NCBI GenBank assembly: GCA_963701855.1
Contig: CAVPBK010000006.1
Coordinates: 32,001-96,000, forward strand
DNA: 64,000 nt
Direction: 5' to 3'
Source: Nitrospirota bacterium
Lineage (GTDB): Bacteria; Nitrospirota; Nitrospiria; Nitrospirales; Nitrospiraceae
This document shows, piece by piece, positions 9,165 through 19,706 of this stretch (the stretch's first letter is position 1; each line of letters starts with the position of its first letter). A program made the position numbers and the translations under genes. The notes under the pieces were generated by a model, which was not told the DNA's origin, searched no databases, and saw nothing but the letters and a program-made list of their open reading frames with translations.

Positions 9165-11366
9165 ATGACCATCCAACCCTGGATCACCTGCCTGCAAAGC
9201 GGGATACTCATCCATCATCTCGAAGCTCGCTACCCTGAAGAGGCATCGAAAGTCGATCTCCAGCGGGTTATGGGAGCAGCCGAATCGTTCCAAGAGATTC
9301 AGGATGCCCGTGCGTTCCTCACCGATACAAGCAATTGGATTCCCCATTCGGTCTTTCGTGAATTGATCAAGACCTGTGAGCTGGCATCCGGCGAGAAAGA
9401 CTTCACCTATCTGGCCGCCCTGGCCTATTACGAAACCGTCAAGACACAGACCCCGACACTAATTGAAACAATTGCGATCCTCCTCAACGACGTCGAATCG
9501 GTCTTTCGTTCTGTCGGCAACTGGGCCTCAGCCTATACGAACTATCTTCAGCTTCAGTCGTTCGTCTGTCCGGATGAACCACGGACCTTGCACATTCTGT
9601 CCCGAAACTTACCGCCGGTCGATCCTGGATTGGGAAATATGCGTCTGGTGCAGGGCAATCTCGAAGGCACTGCGAAACTGGATCCCTCCGTCGAAACTGC
9701 TGCCTGCGAAGAAGCCTACTCACAACTCCGCTTAGAAACCCTGGTCAATGAGTTTGGCGACGCCTACGACATGACCACGAAGAACGATCGGATCACTGTG
9801 GCCCGCCGATCGACGGGCGACGTCGTGATCACAGGACGAACGATTCGTCTCATTCAGACGCTGATCCCCATCAAAACCGATCGCATTCCCGCTCCGCATG
9901 GTTCAGACGCACAACTTGTCGCCGCACTTGAAGGGCAGGACCATCTCTCGGTCTGGACAGCTGAAGAGCCGGTTCGAAGATCCAAGACACACCTCCCCAA
10001 GCAGGACGATCATTGCACCGCTCTCCGCATCGAGCGCGGCGGCACCCTCTCGACTGGATCACTCAGTACCACGATCAAAGCCGGCTCGATCTACAACGCG
10101 CCGTATACTCATTATCGCCTGCATTGGGCGATCCGCTCTCCACACGCAAGCAACGCCGCTGCCGCCGCCCGCTCGCAACACGTGACGGACCGGCGCGCCT
10201 TCGCCTATCAGCTCTTTACCCATTTGAAAAACCTACAGGCGACGCATCGACACATGCTCACCATGTTCCTTCGCAATGTGGAGCTGGCGCAGGAGAATAT
10301 CCAACTGAAGCAGGAGCTGTCTGCGCAGCAAAAAACCGGCGGCATTATCGGCAAGAGCGCTCTCCTTCAAGATCTTCTTTCCCTGGTTAGAACCATCGCT
10401 CCTTCGGACACAACCGTTTTAGTGACCGGAGAAACAGGGACGGGGAAAGAACTCGCCGCCCGTTTAATCCATCAACTCAGCCGACGCAAGGACCGCCGTT
10501 TTGTCGCCGTGAATTGTGGAGCACTGCCTGAAACACTCTTGGAAAGCGAGCTGTTCGGTCACGAGAAAGGGTCGTTCACCGGCGCGATAGCCCAGAAGAA
10601 AGGGAAATTCGAGCTCGCCGAGGGAGGCACACTGTTTCTCGACGAGATCGGCGACATTTCGCCCGCGGTGCAGGTGAAATTGCTACGAGTGCTTCAAGAA
10701 CGAGAGTTTCAGCGCGTCGGAGGAACGAGTGATCTTAAAGCGAATATCCGGCTGATCGCTGCCACGAATCGAGACCTCCTGGCAATGATGGAGCAGAACC
10801 AGTTTCGACAAGACCTGTTCTATCGTTTGAATGTCATCCAGCTCTATGTCCCGGCCTTGCGAGAACGTCCAGAGGATATTGCTGAACTCGCCCAGCATTT
10901 CGTCCAGCGATTCGCCGAGAAAACCGGAAAATCCATCGCTGGCTTGACGCCGGACGCACTGAAGCTCTGCCTGGCTTACAAATGGCCCGGTAACATCCGC
11001 GAGCTGGAGAATGTCATGGAGCGCGCCGTGACGTTGGCGCCGGAAGGCAAGAAATGGATTGCTCCTGACCTGCTCCCGAGCAATCTACGTTCGACGACGG
11101 AATCGGCACCCTCGCTCGATCTTGCCGAGTTGGTGGACCATGTTGACTGGAGTGCGCTGCTTAAAACCCTAGAGACACGAGGATCGCTCACCGGACTCTT
11201 GAACTACCTCGAATGGACCATCACGCGCCGCGCCGTCGCCGAATATGGCGGCAACAAGAGCCGCGCCGCGAAAGTCCTCGGGCGCACCTATCGCTGGTTG
11301 CGAAAACTCGAGACGGAAATGACTCATCGAGAGACTCCACCCCCCAATCCCGACTCACATTCCTGA
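9165..11366 (+). CDS. Sigma54-dependent transcriptional activator (bEBP) with a large uncharacterised N-terminal domain
   Basis: [41 protein letters not shown]-terminal Fis-type HTH; no recognisable receiver domain. Confidence 0.92.
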   Translation: MTIQPWITCLQSGILIHHLEARYPEEASKVDLQRVMGAAESFQEIQDARAFLTDTSNWIPHSVFRELIKTCELASGEKDFTYLAALAYYETVKTQTPTLIETIAILLNDVESVFRSVGNWASAYTNYLQLQSFVCPDEPRTLHILSRNLPPVDPGLGNMRLVQGNLEGTAKLDPSVETAACEEAYSQLRLETLVNEFGDAYDMTTKNDRITVARRSTGDVVITGRTIRLIQTLIPIKTDRIPAPHGSDAQLVAALEGQDHLSVWTAEEPVRRSKTHLPKQDDHCTALRIERGGTLSTGSLSTTIKAGSIYNAPYTHYRLHWAIRSPHASNAAAAARSQHVTDRRAFAYQLFTHLKNLQATHRHMLTMFLRNVELAQENIQLKQELSAQQKTGGIIGKSALLQDLLSLVRTIAPSDTTVLVTGETGTGKELAARLIHQLSRRKDRRFVAVNCGALPETLLESELFGHEKGSFTGAIAQKKGKFELAEGGTLFLDEIGDISPAVQVKLLRVLQEREFQRVGGTSDLKANIRLIAATNRDLLAMMEQNQFRQDLFYRLNVIQLYVPALRERPEDIAELAQHFVQRFAEKTGKSIAGLTPDALKLCLAYKWPGNIRELENVMERAVTLAPEGKKWIAPDLLPSNLRSTTESAPSLDLAELVDHVDWSALLKTLETRGSLTGLLNYLEWTITRRAVAEYGGNKSRAAKVLGRTYRWLRKLETEMTHRETPPPNPDSHS

Positions 11367-11724
11367 TTCCCCGATCATCTTGCCAGCACTCGGTTCCACC
11401 CCCAAGGATGAACGCCGGCTCCGCCCTATGAATAACAATTCATAGTTCAGCCCGCTGAGCTCATCTTTGGATAGCAACGACAGGGAGGCATTGGTGATCC
11501 TTTTGACCTAGCTTGTCACTCAAGCAATTGTTCTATGATTTGAACTGACTAGTCTCTACAAAGAAAAGATGCCTTGTGCTTCCTTCATAGACTGCCCCTT
11601 GACCAGATTTCGCATCCCATCTGATTCAGCCTTGAATCGAATTTGATACACAGAGTAGGGCTGCCTCGTATGAACTGACTGCGTAACATTCCATCCAGCC
11701 CAACAATTGATTTCATTCTCTATC

Positions 11725-11740
11725 TGGCATTGCGATTGCA
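11725..11740 (+). promoter_or_regulatory. Sigma54 (-24/-12) promoter
   Basis: TGGCATTGCGATTGCA matches TGGCAC-N5-TTGCW with exact spacing, 36 nt before the ATG at 11777 and just downstream of a bEBP gene. Confidence 0.75.
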
Positions 11741-11776
11741 CAAACCTGATCAGGACACCGGGCAAGGAGCCGCACA

Positions 11777-12478
11777 ATGATGCGTACAGTTCATCAATTT
11801 TTCGTTCAACATCTAAGAAGTGTTGTTTGTATCGCAATTACGGCGACCCTCGTATCATGCGCCTCAACGACCGGGACAAAAACCACTCTTACATCCGCAG
11901 ACCTTTCGAAGATCACAAAAACGGGTATCATCGTCGAATCCAAACACTCCCTCTCGGTTCGTGTTGCCCGAGAGCAGATGACAAATACGGGGGCTGTTCT
12001 CTTTGGCTTGATTGGCGCTGCTGTGGAGGCAGGATATAAGTCTTCAAAAGACTCTGGTCATGAGGAAGAGATTGGTCGCGTCCTTGGCGACTTCGATCCG
12101 GCGAAAGACAGCGCTGCCGCGTTTCGCGAAAAGTTCCTAGCAGGAAAAGTATTTCCTATTGTCGAGGTCGTTCAAACAGAAAATGCCCGTGGCCTGAAAG
12201 AGCAGGGGTTCGATGCCGTGTTTAAAGAAACGATCGAAGAATGGGGGTTACGGCTGTGTTCGGGAGAGGAAAATGTACAAGTGGGATTTGACATACATGC
12301 GCAGCTTGTCTCGCTCCAGAATGATAGGACGATTTGGGAACGCGATGAGTTGTTTATGGAAGGCCCCTGTCGTCCCTTGAGAGATTTTCGGAGTGATCGA
12401 GAATTGCTTCGAGCCAGCCTTAAGCAAGCATCCGAGACCATAGCGGGAAGAATCGCGAACGAGATTGCCTTTCCGTAA
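11777..12478 (+). CDS. Putative lipoprotein
   Basis: Hydrophobic signal with LVSC lipobox; LFGLIGAAV glycine-rich helix. Confidence 0.75.
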   Translation: MMRTVHQFFVQHLRSVVCIAITATLVSCASTTGTKTTLTSADLSKITKTGIIVESKHSLSVRVAREQMTNTGAVLFGLIGAAVEAGYKSSKDSGHEEEIGRVLGDFDPAKDSAAAFREKFLAGKVFPIVEVVQTENARGLKEQGFDAVFKETIEEWGLRLCSGEENVQVGFDIHAQLVSLQNDRTIWERDELFMEGPCRPLRDFRSDRELLRASLKQASETIAGRIANEIAFP

Positions 12479-12495
12479 ATACAGTGGAGGCTTTT

Positions 12496-13137
12496 ATGAA
12501 TACACACTGGCATAAGCTCGCAGTCCTATCACTTCTCTTCTCTGTCGCTCTACCTGGATGCGCGCTAACGGACGCTCACGTGAATCCAGGGTTCACACCG
12601 GAGCCTGGGAAGAAAAGTCCGTTAAGTACAATAAACTCTCTAGCAATCTCAATTCAGGTCGAGGATCAGCGGAATCCAGCCGAGCAGGACAGAGTGGGCG
12701 ATAAGAAAAATGGCTTCGGTTCAGTGACAGCAAAAGTGTTGTCGGACAAGGTGCCCACAACCATTCTTTACGACGCTCTGAAGGCTGAGTTTGAGAACAA
12801 TGCGCACAAGATTGTTCAGGCAGAAGATCGTAAGGCTGATGCACTGATCAAGATCGGGCTCAAGAGATACTGGAGTGACTTCGCTATCCACTTCTTCGAT
12901 ATTGAGATGAAAGGGACGTTGGATGCCAATATCGCGATTTCGAACGGGATCGATCAAAACCGATTAGCGTCCAAGCCACTCAATAGTACATTTCGTGAGA
13001 GTCGACAGATTGCTCTCGAGGGGGCCTTCGAAAGCGCCTTAAATGGAGCTCTTTTCGAGTTTATACGGAGCTTTTCTCGTGATCCCATCGTCTTGGATGC
13101 CCTTAGAATAGTCGCTTTACAGAAAGAAAAAAGATAA
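12496..13137 (+). CDS. Putative lipoprotein, YajG-like
   Basis: GGAGG RBS, LPGC lipobox, VEDQR motif reminiscent of the YajG family. Confidence 0.7.
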   Translation: MNTHWHKLAVLSLLFSVALPGCALTDAHVNPGFTPEPGKKSPLSTINSLAISIQVEDQRNPAEQDRVGDKKNGFGSVTAKVLSDKVPTTILYDALKAEFENNAHKIVQAEDRKADALIKIGLKRYWSDFAIHFFDIEMKGTLDANIAISNGIDQNRLASKPLNSTFRESRQIALEGAFESALNGALFEFIRSFSRDPIVLDALRIVALQKEKR

Positions 13138-13874
13138 CAGCTGCCAGTTCGATTCCCTCCAAGGTTCAATAGCTTGAGTCCCTTCAGGCGACAGCCGGTC
13201 GGGCGGAACAGCCCCCGTTTCAGTAACACGAGGAACTAGAGTTACATACACGAGTAGTCTATTAATCTTTCCAACGAGGGCGTCGCCGCCACTGCCGTCC
13301 AAGACTAACTCGAAAATAACTTATCAGGTACAAGAGTGTAACAATTCTGCTTCCCCATCAAATGCTCGTGATCATGATTTGGAATTCGACTCGTCTTCAT
13401 TGAGAACTCCCGTTCAGGTGCTCTGAACCGCCGTTCATAGTCCGGGCTTGATGATCCCGCCACCCTGGTTGCCTTCCGATCCGGCCAATCGCGCAAAGTC
13501 CTGCCCACCAAGCACTGCGACGAAATCACCAAGCCTGACCATTCTCGGCGTGCTCCTTGCTCATGCGACAGAGTGAACCTGAACTGAGCGCTCTCAAGGA
13601 GGTGCCTCATGCTCGGACGTTGGCGAGACTCGGAGTTGTTCACATCCATTGAAACACGTTCCAAAGATTTCACGTCACGAACTTCCCACAGATACTGCCC
13701 CTTGCTCACTCTAGATTCGACAGTTACTGGTCGAGCTCAAGAGGCAGGCTGGAGTTTTAGTCCTCCCAGCTTCTATATGGTTCGGTGTCAATCTGGCAGG
13801 CAACTTTGGACACATGCATCAGGGCATAGATTTGGCCATTTACATGACAGAAAGAAGTAAAAAGGAGGCTTATC

Positions 13875-14666
13875 ATGAAAAGCAACGGTATGAAGAATGT
13901 TGTATTACTTGGCGCCATCGTCCTGGGAATCATTCCGCTGTCAGGCTGTGGACACTACACGACACAGCGGACAAGTAACGTTCTGACCTATCTCAATCCA
14001 GGCGACATGCAGCCTATGGAAGTCTCCAAGGATATCGCCAAGACTTCTCTGCCTAATATCCCGGTTCCCATAACACTCGGTATTGCGTTTGTGCCTGAGT
14101 CCAGAACAATTACGGGCGGACGGGACATCAAGATTGAGCCATTGACCGAGAAGGTCAAAATGGAAATGATGCAAGAATTGACCGCGCAGCTTCGCCAGTA
14201 TTCAATCTTTGCAAAAATCGAAGAGATCCCTTCGACCTATCTGAAGATCGGGGGCGGCTTTGCGAACTTAGATCAGATTCACACGATGACGGGAGTCGAT
14301 GTCATTGGTCTTGTGTCCTATGACCAAGTCCAGTTCACCGATAGAGGGCTCGTCTCGCTGCTGTATTGGACCGGAATTGGGTGGTACTTCGTGCCTGGAG
14401 AAAAAAACGATACGAACACGATGATCGATGCGGCCCTGTATCACATTCCCACTCGGAAACCCCTGCTGCGAGCCACGGGTCAAAGCGGGGTATACCATTA
14501 CTCCACCCCGATGAATCAAAGCCAGAATTTGAGAGATGACAGTGAACATGGGTTCAAAGACGCGCTCCATATGCTGGCCGCAAACTTCAAAGAGCAGCTG
14601 AACCTTCTCACGCCCAAGTTAGTCCACGCAGCAACTGGTAGCCCGAGCGCTGGCTCAGGCAAATGA
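13875..14666 (+). CDS. Lipoprotein resembling the rhombotarget lipoprotein family
   Basis: AGGAGG RBS, LSGC lipobox; GIAFVP, GGGFANLDQ, VSYDQVQF, LLYWT, VPGEKNDTNT motifs (family recalled, not searched). Confidence 0.7.
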   Translation: MKSNGMKNVVLLGAIVLGIIPLSGCGHYTTQRTSNVLTYLNPGDMQPMEVSKDIAKTSLPNIPVPITLGIAFVPESRTITGGRDIKIEPLTEKVKMEMMQELTAQLRQYSIFAKIEEIPSTYLKIGGGFANLDQIHTMTGVDVIGLVSYDQVQFTDRGLVSLLYWTGIGWYFVPGEKNDTNTMIDAALYHIPTRKPLLRATGQSGVYHYSTPMNQSQNLRDDSEHGFKDALHMLAANFKEQLNLLTPKLVHAATGSPSAGSGK

Positions 14667-14725
14667 CGGAAGCTACTCTCCCCCTGTATGGTTTGCGAAC
14701 CTCTCTAGCAGAAAGGGGTGGAAAC

Positions 14726-15208
14726 GTGACGGCCAAGACGTGGATAACAGCCTTAGTAGCAGCCTATGTCCTTGCCGCCAATACAGGCTGCGCCGTGTAT
14801 CTGGCAGGAAAGGGACAGCCAGGAACAAATCTTGAGGCGCTTGGAGTCGGAACCTCGGAACAAGAAGTTGAACGCCAGCTCGGAACTCCTTCTAGTATTG
14901 AACCGGTGGGCGCAGGCAAGCGACTCTCTAGATATCGCATTGAACTTGCAAAGCAGCCAAATTACGCACGATCAGCGGTTCACATCCTTCTTGATCTCGT
15001 AACCTATGGTATCTGGGAGTTGCCGGGAAGCATATATGAACTGAGGAGCGAGCACAGAAAGGGAGAAGTGGGATTTGTGTTTGGACCCGACGACCATGTC
15101 CTTGAGGTACAAGACTACCAGGCTAGACGAGTACAACCTCCGAGTACCGATGAACTGCAGACGCCAAATGAGCAAGTAACGGCGTTCTGGAATGCTATGA
15201 ACAAATAA
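14726..15208 (+). CDS. Putative lipoprotein
   Basis: GTG start after AAAGGGG, NTGC lipobox, SmpA/BamE-like GTSEQEVERQLGTP. Confidence 0.65.
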   Translation: MTAKTWITALVAAYVLAANTGCAVYLAGKGQPGTNLEALGVGTSEQEVERQLGTPSSIEPVGAGKRLSRYRIELAKQPNYARSAVHILLDLVTYGIWELPGSIYELRSEHRKGEVGFVFGPDDHVLEVQDYQARRVQPPSTDELQTPNEQVTAFWNAMNK

Positions 15209-15528
15209 AAGCTTCAGCCTGTCGAGAAAGTGTGTGCCGTGCTCATGCTCATCATGTGTTGTGGTGGCTGGTCTCATACGAGCATTCAGACGCAGTCATT
15301 CTTACTTCCATTGCCTCGGAGCGTCAAAGCTGGCTCTGGTCCGTCGCATGACCTCGCCCAAAGAGTCGGTCTTTGAATTCAACCCGATCATCCCGCTGTA
15401 CCAGTACCGACATGAGACGGAGAGGGGAACCTCCTGGGATCTCTTCAAGAGGGCCGGTGGGAATGGACAAAGCCAAGCAACAGACTCGTATCAAGCTGTT
15501 CTGGCTGTCTCTGTGAAGACACGTCGTT

Positions 15529-18500
15529 GTGCGATTCATACAAACTGCAGGGAAGGAAACATTTGCCTCCGACTCCAAACACTGGCACACTGCAGCCGAT
15601 ACGAGGCCTTTTCTGGTGGACAGTCTTCAGCACAAACCTTCAGATATCAGCCCTATTTCGCATCCCCTTCGCGGCCTTCTCATTGCGCAATTCTTCGGCG
15701 CGTTCAACGACAACGCCTGGAAGCTCATGGTGGCCTTGCTGGCCATCCGGCAAGCGACCGCAGGGATGGCACCAGGCCCTGAGCTGGAAACTGCGGCACA
15801 GACGCAAACCGCGCTCACCTATATTATCTTCACCTTGCCGCTGGTATTGCTGTCGTTAATCGGCGGCACCTTGGCCGATCGCCTGAGCAAGCGCACAGTC
15901 ATCATCGCAATCAAAGTCGTCGAGGTGCTCCTCATGAGCGCCGGCGCCGTGGCGCTCTGGCTAAACCCCGCCGGTGGCATTCTGCCCTTGATCGTCTTAT
16001 GCGGGATGGGCGCGCACAGCGCGCTCTTCGGCCCATCAAAATATGGCATTCTCCCCGAATTGATTCCGCATGAACGTCTCGCCGCCGGCAACGGCCTGTT
16101 GGAGATGTGGACCTTTGCCGCCATCCTGGCAGGCACGGCAGCCGGAGGCTTTCTCTTGCAGACCGCCGGCGACTTGCTTTGGATGGCCCCGCTCACCTTG
16201 GCCGCCTTGTCGGTCGCGGGTCTGGTTGCAGCCTTCACCGTTCCCCACGTCTCGCCTGCGCGCGCGACCGGCGGCGTAGGCTCAACGATCCTCGTCGCCT
16301 GGGCTGCCATTCAGACAGAACGCCTGTTGCGCCTTGCCATTCCAGGAGAGATCTTTTTCTGGACGATTGCGAGCCTCTTCGCTCAAAACATACTCGTCTA
16401 TGCCAAAACTGTTCTGCATCTCTCTGATGCAATGTCGGGACTCCCGCTCACGTTGTTGTCCGTCGGTATCGGCGTCGGCGCCATGCTGGTCGGGCGACTG
16501 TCTCAAAACCGGATTGAGTACGGACTAGTCCCCCTGGGAGCCATGGGCGCGTCCATCGCACTGTCCTTGCTCGGCGCTCTGACACCACCATTGTTTGGAA
16601 CATTCCTGGTGTTGGGTCTCCTCGGAGTCTGTTGCTCCTTCATCTTCGTACCCCTGAATGCCATTCTCCAGTGGAGATCGCCACCCGATCGGCGCGGCGC
16701 CGTCATCTCGTTTTCCAACACCTGCGTCTTCACCGGAATTCTATTGGGCTCGCTCGCCGGTGGCTCGCTCGCCAATGCCGGTTTTTCGACGAGCAACATT
16801 TTCCTCGTCACCGCCGGAGTGACCATAGGCGGTACGCTGTGGGCCCTCCGGCTGATGCCGGATGTATTTCTACGGCTCGTGCTCGTCATCTTGACGAACA
16901 CGTTCTATCGCCTCCGCATTGTCGGCCAGCAGCATGTTCCCCAATCCGGCGGGGCACTGCTCGTCCCAAACCATATGTCGTTCGTCGATGGCTTCATACT
17001 CATGGCCAGCGTCGATCGATCCATACGATTCGTTGTGGATGCCGCCTATGCCACACACCCGCTGTTCAAATGGCTGATGACCACCATGAAGGTCATTCCG
17101 ATTACGTCTGCAGGCGACACCCGCATGATCCTCCGGGCGCTGCGCAGCGCGGGGCAAGCCCTCGACGACGGAGAGATCGTCTGCATCTTCCCTGAAGGGC
17201 AGATTACCCGTACTGGCACGCTGTTGCCATTCCGTCGCGGCTTCGAACGGATTGTGAAGGGGCGGCAGGTGCCGGTCATCCCCGTACACTTGGATCGCCT
17301 GTGGGGCAGCATCTTCAGTTTTGAAGGCGGTCGTTTCCTCCGGAAATGGCCTGAGCGGATTCCCTATCCATTGACGGTGTCCTTCGGTGCGCCGCTGCCA
17401 TCGGATACGCCGGCGCACAAGCTTCGCGACGCGGTCTGCACACTCGGAGAGGAGGCCTGGCGTCTTCGCAAATCCTATCGCCGCCCGCTGCACCGTGAAT
17501 TCATCCACGCCATGAGGCGGCATCCCTTCCGTTTCGCCATGGCGGACCAGAAGCGCCCACGTGTGACATCGCTCCAAGCCCTGATCGGATCCATCGTCCT
17601 CGCCAGAGTGCTTCGGCCACATTGGGAAGGTCAGCGTCATATCGGCATCCTCCTTCCGCCGACCGTCGCCGGCGCATTAGTCAACGTGGCCGCTCCACTC
17701 TGTGGGAAAACCAGCGTGAATCTAAACTACACAGTCGGCAAATCCGGTCTCGAAGCAGCCGTGCGACTCGCCGGCCTTCGCACAATCGTCACCAGCCGAG
17801 TCTTCGTCGAGAAGGCCAAGTTGGAGTTGCCTGATGGGCCGTCGATCGTATGGCTGGAGGACGTGGCCCGTACCATCGGCACAGGACAGAAGCTCGCCGC
17901 GAGTCTCCTCGCCCTCTGCGCCCCTGCGCGCCTGATCGAACAGGCCTGCGGACAGGACACCCCCCTGACAATGGATGACCTGGCCACCATCATCTTCAGC
18001 AGCGGCAGCACCGGTGAACCGAAGGGCGTGATGCTCTCTCACTTCAACATCGACGCCAATGCGCAGGGGGCCAACCAAGTTCTCCATCTCTACCGGGACG
18101 AACGAGTGCTTGGCATCCTTCCATTTTTCCATTCGTTCGGCTATCTCGTCTTCTGGTTGGCCATTTTCAAGAATGTGGGCATAGTCTTTCATCCCTCCCC
18201 GCTCGACGTCACCGCCATCGGCGAACTCGTGCATCGCTACCGCGTCACGTTCCTCGTCACCACACCAACCTTTCTCCAGCTATATCTGCGCCGTTGTACA
18301 CCGGAACAATTCAGCTCGTTGCGCGTGGTCTTGACCGGCGCTGAGAAGCTTCAGCCCAGGCTCGCGCAGGCCTTTGAAGATCGGTTCGGAATCGGACCGA
18401 TTGAGGGCTACGGCGTTACCGAATGCGCTCCCGTCGTCGCCGTCAATTGTCCGGACTTCCGAGCAGCCGGATACTTCCAACCGGCCTCACGACGTGGCAC

Positions 18501-19068
18501 TGTTGGTCAACCGCTACCCGGCGTATCTGTGCAGATCGTCGATCCCGACAACTTCGCCTCATTGCCCCCCGACACTCCAGGCATGTTGCTGGTCAAGGGT
18601 CCCAACGTCATGAGTGGGTACCTAGGACGTGAAGATCTAACGGCCAACGCCCTGCACGATGGCTGGTACATTACGGGCGACATCGCGAAGTTGGACGAAG
18701 ACGGGTTCCTGACGATCACCGACCGACTTTCGCGCTTCTCCAAAATTGGCGGAGAAATGGTCCCGCATGGCCGCGTAGAAGAGGCGCTGCAGCAAGCCGC
18801 CGGCGCCGATACGCAAGTCTTCGCTGTCACAGGCATTCCAGACGAACGTAAGGGTGAGCAACTCGCGGTCCTTCATACCCTGGATGAGTCACAGATTCCA
18901 GGCATCGTAAGCAAGCTCGCAGCAAACGGCCTGCCGAACCTCTATATTCCACCACGCCCGAATTTCATTAAAGTCGATGCCCTCCCGATGTTGGGCACTG
19001 GGAAAATGGATCTACGGAGCCTGAAACGGATTGCGATGGAACGGCTCGCCCAGATCAATGAGGGCTGA
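15529..19068 (+). CDS. aas: MFS (LplT-like) + acyltransferase + acyl-ACP synthetase fusion
   Basis: AQFFGAFNDN MFS start, PNHMSFVD and FPEG (PlsC), FSSGSTGEPKG, EGYGVTE, TGD (AMP-binding); true start probably downstream. Confidence 0.9.
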   Translation: MRFIQTAGKETFASDSKHWHTAADTRPFLVDSLQHKPSDISPISHPLRGLLIAQFFGAFNDNAWKLMVALLAIRQATAGMAPGPELETAAQTQTALTYIIFTLPLVLLSLIGGTLADRLSKRTVIIAIKVVEVLLMSAGAVALWLNPAGGILPLIVLCGMGAHSALFGPSKYGILPELIPHERLAAGNGLLEMWTFAAILAGTAAGGFLLQTAGDLLWMAPLTLAALSVAGLVAAFTVPHVSPARATGGVGSTILVAWAAIQTERLLRLAIPGEIFFWTIASLFAQNILVYAKTVLHLSDAMSGLPLTLLSVGIGVGAMLVGRLSQNRIEYGLVPLGAMGASIALSLLGALTPPLFGTFLVLGLLGVCCSFIFVPLNAILQWRSPPDRRGAVISFSNTCVFTGILLGSLAGGSLANAGFSTSNIFLVTAGVTIGGTLWALRLMPDVFLRLVLVILTNTFYRLRIVGQQHVPQSGGALLVPNHMSFVDGFILMASVDRSIRFVVDAAYATHPLFKWLMTTMKVIPITSAGDTRMILRALRSAGQALDDGEIVCIFPEGQITRTGTLLPFRRGFERIVKGRQVPVIPVHLDRLWGSIFSFEGGRFLRKWPERIPYPLTVSFGAPLPSDTPAHKLRDAVCTLGEEAWRLRKSYRRPLHREFIHAMRRHPFRFAMADQKRPRVTSLQALIGSIVLARVLRPHWEGQRHIGILLPPTVAGALVNVAAPLCGKTSVNLNYTVGKSGLEAAVRLAGLRTIVTSRVFVEKAKLELPDGPSIVWLEDVARTIGTGQKLAASLLALCAPARLIEQACGQDTPLTMDDLATIIFSSGSTGEPKGVMLSHFNIDANAQGANQVLHLYRDERVLGILPFFHSFGYLVFWLAIFKNVGIVFHPSPLDVTAIGELVHRYRVTFLVTTPTFLQLYLRRCTPEQFSSLRVVLTGAEKLQPRLAQAFEDRFGIGPIEGYGVTECAPVVAVNCPDFRAAGYFQPASRRGTVGQPLPGVSVQIVDPDNFASLPPDTPGMLLVKGPNVMSGYLGREDLTANALHDGWYITGDIAKLDEDGFLTITDRLSRFSKIGGEMVPHGRVEEALQQAAGADTQVFAVTGIPDERKGEQLAVLHTLDESQIPGIVSKLAANGLPNLYIPPRPNFIKVDALPMLGTGKMDLRSLKRIAMERLAQINEG

Positions 19069-19706
19069 TGACATCTCCCATCGCTGAACGCCGAGTGCTG
19101 CTCACCGCCATAGTCATTGGACTTGTCCTATCAGGGATTAGCCCCAGAGACCGCCTGACTTGGTTCCTGGAAGCCGCACCAGTACTGATCGGGATTCCCA
19201 TCCTCGTGGCAACCCACACCCGGTTCCCTCTTACGCCATTGATATACCGGCTGTTTGTCGTGCATGCAGTCATCCTCATGGTCGGCGCACATTACACCTA
19301 TGCCGAAGTCCCCCTGGGTCGTTGGGTCCAAGACGCCTTCGGCCTCGCCCGAAACCACTACGATCGCCTCGGCCATTTTGCCCAAGGCTTCGTGCCGGCA
19401 ATGCTGGCGCGGGAGCTCCTTCTACGAACGTCTTCGTTGCAACAGGGACGCTGGCTCTTCTTCCTTGTTACCTCAGTGTGTCTCGCGTTCAGCGCAAGCT
19501 ATGAACTCTTCGAATGGGGAACTGCGCGTACGCTCGGTCAATCCGCCACCGCCTTTCTCGGTACCCAAGGCGATGAATGGGACACTCAGTGGGATATGTT
19601 TCTCGCACTCCTCGGTTCAGTCATCGCTCAGATATGTTTATCCAGCACACATGATCGCCAATTAGAGGCTCTGCATCTCCGCCCTTTGCAGAGAGGCCGC
19701 TTGTGA
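19068..19706 (+). CDS. DUF2238 (YjdF-like) membrane protein
   Basis: TWFLE, HYTYAEVP, RNHYDRLGHF, FLGTQGDEWDTQWDM. Confidence 0.85.
   Translation: MTSPIAERRVLLTAIVIGLVLSGISPRDRLTWFLEAAPVLIGIPILVATHTRFPLTPLIYRLFVVHAVILMVGAHYTYAEVPLGRWVQDAFGLARNHYDRLGHFAQGFVPAMLARELLLRTSSLQQGRWLFFLVTSVCLAFSASYELFEWGTARTLGQSATAFLGTQGDEWDTQWDMFLALLGSVIAQICLSSTHDRQLEALHLRPLQRGRL

Noticed and set aside
13141..13162. GTTCGATTCCC, resembling a tRNA T-loop
   Set aside because: Flanks do not form a T-stem or acceptor stem; no cloverleaf.
13794..13837. Possible second sigma54 promoter upstream of 13875
   Set aside because: TGGCAGG and GGGCATA candidates lack a properly spaced TTGC -12 box.
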